The position numbers and the translations under genes are program-made. Source: a virus (Duplodnaviria > Caudoviricetes). Taken from it: a stretch of DNA of 29,944 nucleotides. The stretch covers positions 1 through 29,944 of IMG/VR virus record IMGVR_UViG_3300020044_005705, one strand, 5' to 3'. A model generated the notes under the pieces. The model made no database searches. It had not been told where the DNA came from and worked only from the letters and a program-made list of their open reading frames with translations. This document shows, in pieces, positions 16,312 to 25,706 of this stretch (position 1 is its first letter; each line of letters opens with the position of its first letter).

Positions 16312-19300
16312 TGGCGACGCCAGCCGAGATTGAAGCCGCCCGTCGCGAGCTTGCGCGCCGCGAACTTGAACGACGTGACAAGGCCCGGCGGGAGACTGCC
16401 GCGCAGGAACAGCCCGTCGTTGCACCTCGCCCCGCACGTCCACGCCCCGCAAGGGCGGTGGTCCCTGTGGCTGCCCCTGTAGCCCCCGTGGCCGCGCCTG
16501 CGCCTGCGCCAGTACCAGCGCCTACCCCGGCGCCTGCCCGCCCTGTAGCTACTGTGCCGGCCCTTGCGGAGCGTGCTGCTGCCTTGCGCTTGTCTGGTCA
16601 GCCCGACAAGGCCATGCTTGTTGAGCGGCAGATTGACGCCATTCGTGCGCGGGAGAAGAAACAGGCAGAAGAGAGGGAAGCTGAAGTAAAGGCAGCCGAA
16701 TCTCTCGCCAAAGGTCGTGATACTGCCGCTAGGGCAAACATCACCGCAAGAGAGACAGACGCCCCTACCCGTACTTCAATCCCCTTGGATTTGCCAGAAA
16801 CCGAACTGTCCTTGATCCCGACCCCTGGTTCACTCGCGCAGGCACTTGATGTTGAGCGGGTCGCAGAAGAGCGCGCGCAAGAAACGTCCACGCGGCGTGG
16901 ATTGCCCGTCAGCGAAACGGCCGCTCTGATTGAACTGGAGCGGGAGCAAGAGCGGGAGCGCCGTGCGCGCACCGTTAGCGCAGGTGGGGTGGTCGAAGAA
17001 GGCCCCTCTCCTATTACTCCTTTCTTGCGTCCTACTCGGATTCAGGAAGTTCCTCGCGCCTTGCTCGAAGAGCCTGAAGTGCAAGAGGACGGCACCTTCG
17101 GTGAGTCCATCCCCTTCGGTGAGTCTGAGCAGGGCCAGCCGGTCACGGGCACCGTTCGGGCGTACCGTGACCCTTCGACGGGCAAGTACAGTCTGCCCAC
17201 CGCCGGGCAAGAGCTTGTGGAAGCCTTTGCGCGTCAGCCCGTGATGAGCGAATCGGATGCGCTCGCCTTCGCACTTGAGCAGACCAACGCTTCTCCTGAG
17301 AGTAAGTCCGCGCTCAAGAACGTACTGACTCAGCGGGTTCCAGGGCAAGGCATCGTTGAGACACCGTTGGGTGCGTCGCTGCGCGCCGTTGGTGCGCTGG
17401 CCCCTGCCTTCATCAACACTGCGTTGATGGAGCCATTGTTGCGCGTGACGGGTGTAGAGACGACCCGTGGTGCCCCTGTAGCCTTCGGAGCCGACCCGAC
17501 CGCTAAGCGCCGGGTAGACGAGTCTAAGAACTTCTTGGAGAAGTACGCCCAAGGCATCCAACAGGGCCGCGGCATCGGGGATGAACTCGCGCAGATTGAG
17601 CCGCTGGTCAAGGCGACCGCCAAAGCGTCGGGCGAGAATGAGGAATGGGCGCGCAACGCACTGTGGGCGACCGGCACCTTGTCTGAGCTTTTCCTTCCCG
17701 TGAGCCCGGTCGGCTTGCCGGGTAAGGCGGCACAGGCAGCAAAGCTGGGAGCTACGGCCGCGGGCGGCGCAGCCAAGCTCGGGACCAAGGTAGCTGCGCG
17801 TGTTGCACCGGCCACAACGGCCGCAGCAATCGCCAAGGCGGGTGCTGCCCAGCGCGCAGTCGGCGCCGTGGCGGACGCCGCTACAGCGCCAGTCAAAGCC
17901 GCTGCGGGGGCTGTCCGTGACCGCGCCCTTCTCGGCACCATCGCTAAGAGGACTTACCCTGAAATCGCCAAGGACATTCCGCGTCTTGCCAGTGAAGACG
18001 AGATCATCGATGTTCTACAGAGCAAAGGCAGGGCGAGTCTCGGCGCTGGAAGTGATGCGCGTGCCATTCTCCGCGCGCAGGTGCCCGACAACCTCGTTCA
18101 GATCTCCGACTCTGTGGCCGCTCGCAAGGCCGTCGCATCGCAGCTTCTCGCGGATGCACAGGCTGAGGTCAAGCTACAGACCGCGGCACGGTCGTTGACG
18201 CCTGCGGAGGCATCGACTCTTCTCGATGACATTCTCGTGGCTAAAACAAAGGCAGGAAAGCCCGGCCTGAAACTCATGGATGAGCTTACTGTCCGGTCCC
18301 TTAGCCCCGTGCCGCCGGGCGTTGAGCCAGGGTATTTTGATGGCATTGTGGCTCGCACCTTTGCCGCATTGGCTAAGGACGTGCTGAAAGGCGCCGTGCG
18401 CCCGGACAACGCCCTTGCCGCTGCGCTCTACAAGCGGGTCCAAGGGCAGACTTTCCGTGCCGCACAGAATCTCCGCGATGAAATTGTGGACTTGGCTAAG
18501 GAAGTCAACCGACAGAACCCTTCGCTGTCTCGAGCACAGGCCAAAGACAAACTTCTAGAAGAGGTCTTCAACAAGTACATCGCGCCTGCGCCGGACGGCT
18601 ACGAGAAGTTGCTGGACAAGATTGTTGAAGATGGTCTCGGGCGTATCGGGGATACCAACGTCACTGCGGCAGCGAAAAAAAGACTCGAAGAGCTGGTTAG
18701 GGGTGACTTGGCGTTCGCGCAGGCGATGAAGCTCCCGCCGCCCCCGCGCGACTTCGCCACGGTCCTCAAGCACATGGACCGCGTTGCTACCAAAGTTGGC
18801 CTCCCCACTAAATCAGGGCAGAGCCTCACTGACCGGCTGCTGGTCATGATGGCTGCGACCATCATTGAGGACATTCAGAAGGCCGCAGTGGTCGGTGATG
18901 CGGGCGCAATCATGCCTGAGCTTGCGCGGCTACAGCGCGGAAGGACCATCCCTTTTCCCGATTTAGCAAAGACAGAGATTGCGACCCCATCGGGTGCGCT
19001 GATTGCTCCACAGTCGGCTCTGGGCGATTCCTGGGCCACGGGCGCAGAGGCCGCTTTCCGTACCGCGGATATGTTCGAGCCGAAGGCCCTGAACGCGGCA
19101 TGGTACGATTCTCTGACCAATGCGCTGCAAAGTGGTGCTCAACTTAGCAAAAGGTTCAAGCTCTACATTTCCAGCCAGCTTGGCCCGATCCCCAATGCGC
19201 CCGCATGGCTTGACCGCTTCATCCGCGGTGCGGTCACCTCTGCGGCGCAGATTGGCCTCTCTCGCACCGGAGTTGCAGCGCAGGATGCCATGCGCTTCAG

Positions 19301-20681
19301 GTTCGCACCGGGCAACGCGGTTTTGTTCACTGGAGCAGACGGTATTCAGTGGACAAAGGACTTGATTAAGTCTGAAGGTCGCCGTGTCGGCCTTGGGCTG
19401 TCCGCACAGGATTCAGCTCGCCAAGGGCTATCCAATCAGGTCTTGATCAACAGGGTCAATCAGCAGTTGTCAAGTAAAGCGCGCACAGCCTTGCGCGGCG
19501 GCACTCTCGGCCCTGACTACGCCGCCATGGCGGGTGCTGCGTCTGATGCCTACCGGGAAGCTGTCTTCGCGGGTGCGCTGCGGAATGGCATGACCATCGA
19601 CCAAGCCGCGCAGGTGGCCCGGCGCAGCCTTCTCGACTACAGCCTGACGCCTACAGGCGGCATGTACGACACAATCACCAACTACTTCGCTTCTGCGGCT
19701 GAGACCTACGCAGGCATGTTTGCCCTCGCAGACACGCTACGCCGCAATCCTTCTTTGCCGATGAACGCCTTGCGGATGCAGAACGGACTGAACCGCACTC
19801 GTGACCCGCTCGGAGTCATGGGCGATGAGTCCAAGCGCACCCTGTTCTCCCTGCGCATCGGTCCAACGGATTATGAGCTTATGACCGGAGCGAACCCGGC
19901 CGTGTGGGCACTGGAAAACGTGCTCGGCTCTATCGGCGCGATTGACGCAGGCTATGTTGGCGTCAGAGAAGTTCTTGCGGGAGACGAGACCATCATAAAT
20001 GAGCTGGGAGACGCAGCCAGTTTTGGGCTCCGCTTTGCGGGTGGCACTCTGCTCGGGGAAATCGAGCCTCGCACTCCTTCCGCTACTGCCCCCGAAGCAA
20101 AGACCTTGACCGACACTGAAATGGTCGGCTTGCTCTTGCACCTGTCCGCACGGGACGGGCAACACCCTGAATGGCGCCCTCTCATTGACAGCAACTTTCC
20201 TAGGAAGATTGTCGCACCTCCTAGAGAGTCTGCGCTGGCTTCTGAGGAAGGCTACAAGGACTTAGGCCCGCTTAGAATCTGGAAACAGATCCCTCGCGAT
20301 TGGGCTAAGAAGGGTCTTGTATGGGAGCGAATCAGCCCTGAAGAAGCTGAAGTTATTGTTCAGCGGTATCCCAACCTTGCGGAAAACGCTCCCACCTTTG
20401 TACGGGTGTACGACCTCGAGCCGGAGGCAAAGACTTTGATGCGGGGGCTTCGCGCCCTTCCGGGCGGGGTCTTTGGTGACGCATTGTCTGATGCGATTCG
20501 CCTTGGCGCTTCAGTACAGGCCGAGAAGGAAGGTCGGGAAGGGACTGTAGGAATCCCCGCAGGCACCGAAGACCCGACCCGCGTGTTGATTGAAGCCGTC
20601 AGCCGTCGCGGTGTCACCGAGCCCGGTGAAGCCGAGAAGAAGACAGTTGAAGCTCTACGCGCAACCCGCGCGGGTGAGTGA
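16311..20681 (+). CDS. Large internal virion/ejection protein 3
   Basis: 1456 aa; TAATG overlap; AAQVARRSLLDYS segment resembles the C-terminal region of large phage ejection proteins. Confidence 0.65.
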   Translation: MATPAEIEAARRELARRELERRDKARRETAAQEQPVVAPRPARPRPARAVVPVAAPVAPVAAPAPAPVPAPTPAPARPVATVPALAERAAALRLSGQPDKAMLVERQIDAIRAREKKQAEEREAEVKAAESLAKGRDTAARANITARETDAPTRTSIPLDLPETELSLIPTPGSLAQALDVERVAEERAQETSTRRGLPVSETAALIELEREQERERRARTVSAGGVVEEGPSPITPFLRPTRIQEVPRALLEEPEVQEDGTFGESIPFGESEQGQPVTGTVRAYRDPSTGKYSLPTAGQELVEAFARQPVMSESDALAFALEQTNASPESKSALKNVLTQRVPGQGIVETPLGASLRAVGALAPAFINTALMEPLLRVTGVETTRGAPVAFGADPTAKRRVDESKNFLEKYAQGIQQGRGIGDELAQIEPLVKATAKASGENEEWARNALWATGTLSELFLPVSPVGLPGKAAQAAKLGATAAGGAAKLGTKVAARVAPATTAAAIAKAGAAQRAVGAVADAATAPVKAAAGAVRDRALLGTIAKRTYPEIAKDIPRLASEDEIIDVLQSKGRASLGAGSDARAILRAQVPDNLVQISDSVAARKAVASQLLADAQAEVKLQTAARSLTPAEASTLLDDILVAKTKAGKPGLKLMDELTVRSLSPVPPGVEPGYFDGIVARTFAALAKDVLKGAVRPDNALAAALYKRVQGQTFRAAQNLRDEIVDLAKEVNRQNPSLSRAQAKDKLLEEVFNKYIAPAPDGYEKLLDKIVEDGLGRIGDTNVTAAAKKRLEELVRGDLAFAQAMKLPPPPRDFATVLKHMDRVATKVGLPTKSGQSLTDRLLVMMAATIIEDIQKAAVVGDAGAIMPELARLQRGRTIPFPDLAKTEIATPSGALIAPQSALGDSWATGAEAAFRTADMFEPKALNAAWYDSLTNALQSGAQLSKRFKLYISSQLGPIPNAPAWLDRFIRGAVTSAAQIGLSRTGVAAQDAMRFRFAPGNAVLFTGADGIQWTKDLIKSEGRRVGLGLSAQDSARQGLSNQVLINRVNQQLSSKARTALRGGTLGPDYAAMAGAASDAYREAVFAGALRNGMTIDQAAQVARRSLLDYSLTPTGGMYDTITNYFASAAETYAGMFALADTLRRNPSLPMNALRMQNGLNRTRDPLGVMGDESKRTLFSLRIGPTDYELMTGANPAVWALENVLGSIGAIDAGYVGVREVLAGDETIINELGDAASFGLRFAGGTLLGEIEPRTPSATAPEAKTLTDTEMVGLLLHLSARDGQHPEWRPLIDSNFPRKIVAPPRESALASEEGYKDLGPLRIWKQIPRDWAKKGLVWERISPEEAEVIVQRYPNLAENAPTFVRVYDLEPEAKTLMRGLRALPGGVFGDALSDAIRLGASVQAEKEGREGTVGIPAGTEDPTRVLIEAVSRRGVTEPGEAEKKTVEALRATRAGE

Positions 20682-20690
20682 GGTTATTGT
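20682..20690 (+). promoter_or_regulatory. Putative late promoter (GGT-TATTGT)
   Basis: Intergenic motif copy 27 nt before the 20718 ATG. Confidence 0.55.
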
Positions 20691-20717
20691 CCGGGTACAG
20701 CCCTGAAGGAGTAGAAG

Positions 20718-21176
20718 ATGGGAAAGGTCGGCTATTACTACCACTCCAGCTTGAACGCCACCGCGATTGCGGCCGTAGGCACCACCTACGACGCAGCCAA
20801 GTTCCACCTGCACACGCTGATTCCTGACGTGGTGGAGCCGAACTCTTCGCCTCCGCGGCTTCCGGGTCGCACCCGCCGGCAGAAGTTCGCTTCGAAGATT
20901 GAGGGTCTACACGTCCGGGTGACCAACATCGCGGGCGGTGCGACCAAGCTGACTTGCCGAATCACCGAAGATTCTGGCGGGAATATCCCTCTGGTTCCAG
21001 ACACGGAGGCCACGATTAGCACGGGCATCACCGCAGCGACTACCGGAATGGTCGCTTACCAAGTCGGCATCCCGCTCTTCGGCATCGTGACTCCTGACTC
21101 TGAGTTCTGGGTCTGGGTCAAGACTGACGCCGGGACGGTCACTCTCGCGGATTCGCTCATCACTTGGAGCGAGTGA
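20718..21176 (+). CDS. Hypothetical beta-rich virion protein
   Basis: SD AAGGAG; heads the Ig-like protein operon. Confidence 0.7.
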   Translation: MGKVGYYYHSSLNATAIAAVGTTYDAAKFHLHTLIPDVVEPNSSPPRLPGRTRRQKFASKIEGLHVRVTNIAGGATKLTCRITEDSGGNIPLVPDTEATISTGITAATTGMVAYQVGIPLFGIVTPDSEFWVWVKTDAGTVTLADSLITWSE

Positions 21177-21179
21177 GCC

Positions 21180-22757
21180 ATGCCCATCGTCCCCGTCTTC
21201 GGGGGAGGCGGGGGCTCGAGCCCCACGCCCCCTCCAGTAGTCGGGCGTCAATGGCTTGATGTACCGACTCAGACGGTAAAGCTGGCGCCCTCTGCTACAG
21301 GCAACATCACGCTCAACACCCCGACCAACGGTGTTGCTCCGTTCCGTTACGCAGTTGTACCGACCTTCCTCGGTACGAACGCCACCCTGACTGTCAGCGG
21401 GAATGTTCTAGAGATCAGCAATCCTGGCCTTCTGAGCACAGGTTTGGCTAACTCAAGCCCGAATGGGTACAGGGTCATCGTTTTTGACTCTGAGGGGAAC
21501 TACGGCGTCGGTGCGCTGATTATCTGGACCGAGACAGGCGCGAACTACACCTTTGCTCCGGTCATTGAGCAGGTAGTGGACTGGGATGAGCAGTCGAATG
21601 GCGTCGTCTTCGCAGCGCGCACGCCTGTAGGCACAGTGACAAGCTACCGCCCATCGGGGGACGGCTTCTCGTACCCAAGACCGACGACGATTCCGCAAGA
21701 AGAAGGGGAGCGACTAATGAATACCCCGCCTGGGGGGTTCTTAGTCAACTTCTATATGCGTGATCTTGGAAGCTCTACCTTCCAGCTTGTCTGTCTCGTT
21801 TTGCGTCGAAAGATGAACATGGACGCACCGAACGGTTCATGGCTGAAGTCTCCTGACTTCATTTCCTGGCCCGATGTTGCGGCGATTGCGCCTACCATCC
21901 CGCTGGGAACAAGTGCGACTGCCGTTAGCACGGTAGAGTCGAACTCGGACAACGGGAAGTCCTATGCGATGGACCGCATCGCTTACGCGCGAACTGCGGG
22001 GCTTACGCCGACTACGGAAACGTGCGTGGTCAGCGCAGGCGCAGCAGAGCTTTCGACCTACAACACCGTAAGCTCAACGCGCATTGTCTCTCTTCTTCTG
22101 CGCCCCGGAAGCCTTGTTACTCCCGCAAACTCCCAGCGTGAAGCCTCTATGGGTAGGGCGCTGGCTGGGATGCTCCGCGTAAAGGCTCGAGTCACTCTCG
22201 TTGGAGACTATTCCTTTGTAGAAGTGATGCTTGGTCAGACCTACGTTGCCACGTCTCCAAGCTCAATTGGACTAAGATTCCAAGGGCCTGCCGGTACGGC
22301 GTTTACCATCGCAGGACAACCGGCGATAAAAATCTCCGCAAACGTAGGTGGCACCCTTCGGCAGATTGGCTGGTACAGAAGAAGCGTATTCGCTGGAAGT
22401 GATTTCATCGGAATAGATGTTATCTCTCTCGGTGGAGTCAACTACGTCACGGTCTACCCATGGAATCCTTCATGGACAGACTTTCCAGCCTATGATGATG
22501 ACAGCTTTAATCTCTCCGTAGATGGATGCGTCGGTCCCACTCCTGTACTTGTGAACGCGGCAAATATCCTCACTTCTTCCAGATATGCAGGAAATCTTCC
22601 GACGTTCAACAATGGCAACGACGTTCTCAACGCCAGCATCAACTGGGGTGTCATTGGCGCTGTAGGTCAGGGTAATAATGGTTCTGGCGGTGCGACGTTG
22701 GAAATGACCAAAGTTGAATACTACTGGAAAACCATGAACCTCGGAGCACAGGAATGA
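21180..22757 (+). CDS. Ig-like domain virion surface/receptor-binding protein A
   Basis: MPIVPVFGGGGGS start; GVAPFRY...VFDSEGN Ig-like repeat; beta-rich C-terminus. Confidence 0.6.
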   Translation: MPIVPVFGGGGGSSPTPPPVVGRQWLDVPTQTVKLAPSATGNITLNTPTNGVAPFRYAVVPTFLGTNATLTVSGNVLEISNPGLLSTGLANSSPNGYRVIVFDSEGNYGVGALIIWTETGANYTFAPVIEQVVDWDEQSNGVVFAARTPVGTVTSYRPSGDGFSYPRPTTIPQEEGERLMNTPPGGFLVNFYMRDLGSSTFQLVCLVLRRKMNMDAPNGSWLKSPDFISWPDVAAIAPTIPLGTSATAVSTVESNSDNGKSYAMDRIAYARTAGLTPTTETCVVSAGAAELSTYNTVSSTRIVSLLLRPGSLVTPANSQREASMGRALAGMLRVKARVTLVGDYSFVEVMLGQTYVATSPSSIGLRFQGPAGTAFTIAGQPAIKISANVGGTLRQIGWYRRSVFAGSDFIGIDVISLGGVNYVTVYPWNPSWTDFPAYDDDSFNLSVDGCVGPTPVLVNAANILTSSRYAGNLPTFNNGNDVLNASINWGVIGAVGQGNNGSGGATLEMTKVEYYWKTMNLGAQE

Positions 22758-22975
22758 TCGCCGTGACTATGCAGATTAACGGAGTAGTCTCGGATGCAGA
22801 GGCAGGGGGCGCAGAAGTCCCGTGCCGCATTTTCGATCTGGCCGTTGACTTCGACACTTTGGAAGCCGACTTCGCGACATACGACCCGACCTCTAGCACT
22901 AGCCCGAGCGTTACCATCGCAAGGAAGTATGTCAGAGTCCTTTTCGACGCCTATGCTGCCAGCAAGGAGGCATAA
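22754..22975 (+). CDS. Small partner protein A
   Basis: ATGA-coupled; paralog of 24391-24621 (YDPTSSTSPSV). Confidence 0.75.
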   Translation: MIAVTMQINGVVSDAEAGGAEVPCRIFDLAVDFDTLEADFATYDPTSSTSPSVTIARKYVRVLFDAYAASKEA

Positions 22976-22978
22976 ACA

Positions 22979-24394
22979 ATGCCCATCGTTCCAGTCTTCG
23001 GTGGAGGCGGAGGGTCGGCACCTTCGATTTCCCCGCTCACTCTCGGCAGTCCCGCTCCGGTCAGCCGTCCGCTCAACTCCACCACGGCCACTATGACGTG
23101 GCCCACGGCCGTAGGGGGCACAGGCCCGTACACCTACATGGCAGTGATCACAGGCGATTCTACGGGCGCCTACACGTCGTTCATTAGCTCCCAGGCTGAC
23201 GAGGACGTGAGCCTTGCAGCCCTGACCAACGGCCAAGCCCTGACGGTGCTTATGACGGTCACCGACGCTGACGGCAACGTGGCGTCGTCTACGGGCGTGG
23301 TTCTTGTCGCTTCGGCCGCCGCTGGCACGATGACTCCCGGTGCGTTCCCTGCATCGCAGTCCCTCGCCAGTGACCAGACCACTGCGACCATCAACTTCAA
23401 CGCAGTAGGCGGAACCTTCATCGCGCCGGTGACCTATGTCGCAACCGTCGTGAGTGGCCCCGGCTCTGCAAGCAACACCGGCACCGCGGCCAGCTTGTCG
23501 GCCCTGACACCTTCGGGCGTGACGCTGGTTCGGCTGCGGGCGACCGACTCAACTCCGGTCACCCCGCTGACCGCAGACGCCTTTGCAGTTGTCAGCGTGG
23601 CCGCAACCGCAAGCTCCCCGCTCGCATGGCAGAAGCTCGTTGGCTTCAACCTCAAGGCGCAAGGCACTGTCAGCTTCGTCAGCGGAGCGAACTCAGTCAC
23701 CTTGACCAGTGATGATGGTAGAACCTTCGCGAATGTGCCGGTCAATATCAGCATGGGTCTCGGCAGCTACACGACTTGTCCTGACGGGCTTGGCGCGAGC
23801 GGTGGGTGGCGCCGGCTATTCGCAGCCACGGCGTCCCCGACCTACATCCGGTCGCGGATGGGCGTGCCGCTGGGTGTGACGCTCGGCGCCGATGATGACT
23901 TGCTGGTCGTCATTACAGGCAAGGGGCTGAACAACGTCTCGGCCAACAGTTGGTACTGGCAGGTCTCACCGGCGGATGACCTGTCCGAAGACGCAGCGGC
24001 CGTTCAAGGTATGCGGCTCTTGAAGTCTGGGGCCAACACGGCCCTCTACCTTCGCGCTGGTGGTAGTTCCGGGGCCATCATCACCCAGGCCTCTTCCCCG
24101 CCTTGCCCCCTCGATTGGCAGGACGGCAGCACCGTCATTACAGAGACGATCTTCTACCCTCGGCGTTCAACCAGGGGAATCGTCTACATGAGTGAGAACG
24201 GTGTTACCGGACCGCAAGCTGATCTTGGACAAGTCGGGACAACGCCAGCGTCCAACTCGATCCGCCCCGGAGTGATGGGTGGCAAGAACACCGTGTACGT
24301 GCAGCATTACACCGCCAACGGTAGTGTGAACGGCCTGGGGTTGCAGTACAGCGAGATTCATACCATCGAGATCTACCGGAGGACTTTGCCATGA
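22979..24394 (+). CDS. Ig-like domain virion surface/receptor-binding protein B
   Basis: Same 13 aa start; two Ig-like repeats (GGTGPYTY...VTDADG and GGTFIAPVTY...ATDS); SD AAGGAGG. Confidence 0.6.
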   Translation: MPIVPVFGGGGGSAPSISPLTLGSPAPVSRPLNSTTATMTWPTAVGGTGPYTYMAVITGDSTGAYTSFISSQADEDVSLAALTNGQALTVLMTVTDADGNVASSTGVVLVASAAAGTMTPGAFPASQSLASDQTTATINFNAVGGTFIAPVTYVATVVSGPGSASNTGTAASLSALTPSGVTLVRLRATDSTPVTPLTADAFAVVSVAATASSPLAWQKLVGFNLKAQGTVSFVSGANSVTLTSDDGRTFANVPVNISMGLGSYTTCPDGLGASGGWRRLFAATASPTYIRSRMGVPLGVTLGADDDLLVVITGKGLNNVSANSWYWQVSPADDLSEDAAAVQGMRLLKSGANTALYLRAGGSSGAIITQASSPPCPLDWQDGSTVITETIFYPRRSTRGIVYMSENGVTGPQADLGQVGTTPASNSIRPGVMGGKNTVYVQHYTANGSVNGLGLQYSEIHTIEIYRRTLP

Positions 24395-24621
24395 GCGATG
24401 TAATTAAGGTCTTGTCCGTTGGTGACTCCGAGTGGCGTGACCTGACGCCGGGCGGCATCGCGGCTGAGGGTCGCAGCGTCGTTGTGTGGCTTGAGTCAGC
24501 AGAACTGACGCGCCTTCTCGCCGCATACGACCCCAACAGTGGCACGTCCCCCTCCGTTGCTGATGCACGTCCTGTTCTGCGCGAGATTCTCGACGCAGTA
24601 ATCGCTGGGCAGGCTGGCTAA
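24391..24621 (+). CDS. Small partner protein B
   Basis: ATGA-coupled; YDPNSGTSPSV motif. Confidence 0.75.
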   Translation: MSDVIKVLSVGDSEWRDLTPGGIAAEGRSVVVWLESAELTRLLAAYDPNSGTSPSVADARPVLREILDAVIAGQAG

Positions 24622-24632
24622 AGGAGTTCGCC

Positions 24633-25163
24633 ATGAGCTTTAGAACCCGCATAGCGCAGCTTGCCACGGCCGTTGGCCTGGGTCGGCTTGTCGGCGCTCC
24701 ACCTGCGACCGTTCTTCCTTCGGTGGGCCAGGGTTCAAGGACTGCCGGCGGCTTCCAAGAGATGCCGGAGTTCAACGATGACCCTCTCGAGGCGATGAAG
24801 TGGGCCATACAGAACAAGCAGAGCGTGAACTTCCGGTATGTGGACAAGTGGCGCAAGCCGAATGAGCCCGGTGCGAAAGGGCCGCGCATCGGCAACCCGC
24901 ACGCCCTCTGGATCGGAAGAAACGGCACGCTCTATCTGCATATGTATATCGACCCGCAATCCGCGTCGGCGTCTGCGACTGACGGCACCGGCAAGAAGCC
25001 CGGATGGCGCACCTACATCGTGAGCCGAATTGATGAGGCGGCCGTCCGCGATGCGGGCTTCAGCCGATGGACCGCTACCCGCAATACCTTCTCGGTTGCT
25101 CCTGGGTTCTCGCCATCGTGGTACCGGCAAGTAGGAACACCTGTAGCTGTAGCTACGCGCTGA
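24633..25163 (+). CDS. Stand-alone WYL-domain protein
   Basis: AIQNKQSVNFRY...R...PHAL...LYL...WRTYIVSRI matches the WYL pattern AI.....V...Y...R.V.P..L...WYL...R.F...RI; SD AAGGAG. Confidence 0.75.
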   Translation: MSFRTRIAQLATAVGLGRLVGAPPATVLPSVGQGSRTAGGFQEMPEFNDDPLEAMKWAIQNKQSVNFRYVDKWRKPNEPGAKGPRIGNPHALWIGRNGTLYLHMYIDPQSASASATDGTGKKPGWRTYIVSRIDEAAVRDAGFSRWTATRNTFSVAPGFSPSWYRQVGTPVAVATR

Positions 25164-25176
25164 AAGGAGGCCACCA

Positions 25177-25491
25177 ATGCTGGCTCAGACTGACGTGACC
25201 TCTCTGGCTCCCTACCTCGCAGGCCCCGGCGCAGCCGTCGTTGTGCTGGTTCTCGTCTTGTGGGGGCTCTACACCCTCGTTGTCCGCCACTTCATGCCGT
25301 TGGCTGCCGCACTTGGAAAGCGTCATCTTGACCAGATTGACTCGTTAATCGCGAATCAGAAGGCAGAGTCCAACGCGATCACAAAGACCCTCGCCAGCAT
25401 TGATCGTCGTCTCGCTAGACTCGAGGGCTTGACCGACGCGGGCAGCTTCACGCCGAATCCGGGCGCGCAGTCACCGGACAGAGGCAGCTAA
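25177..25491 (+). CDS. Single-pass membrane protein, possible holin
   Basis: One hydrophobic helix (AAVVVLVLVLWGLYTLVV) followed by a coiled coil; SD AAGGAGG. Confidence 0.5.
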   Translation: MLAQTDVTSLAPYLAGPGAAVVVLVLVLWGLYTLVVRHFMPLAAALGKRHLDQIDSLIANQKAESNAITKTLASIDRRLARLEGLTDAGSFTPNPGAQSPDRGS

Positions 25492-25682
25492 TGTCCCTGT
25501 CTCTCTTCGAGCTTCACCGCCTCAAGATGGCACAGGGCATGACTGCCGCTGATGCCATGGCAAGCGCGCTTGCCGAGCGTGCGAGGCTCGAGGCAGGCAT
25601 GGCGCCAGAAGAGGCACAGGGCACGCGCAAGCAGCGCAAGCAGCGTCGGGCAGAGAAGGCCATAGGAGGACGCGATGGTTAG
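25491..25682 (+). CDS. Small hypothetical protein with basic C-terminus
   Basis: TAATG overlap with the upstream gene. Confidence 0.6.
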   Translation: MSLSLFELHRLKMAQGMTAADAMASALAERARLEAGMAPEEAQGTRKQRKQRRAEKAIGGRDG

Positions 25683-25706
25683 ACGCATCAAGAAAGGCGA
25701 GGTGGG
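25675..25706 (+). pseudogene. Orphaned original 5' end (MVRRIKKGE) of the 26229 gene
   Basis: SD AGGAGG plus ATGGTTAGACGCATCAAGAAAGGCGAG encodes the same first 9 aa as the 26229 gene; interrupted by the HNH gene. Confidence 0.8.

Noticed and set aside
16410-16560. Pro/Ala low-complexity repeats (PAPAP, PRPAR)
   Set aside because: Ordinary flexible linker, not a DNA repeat array.
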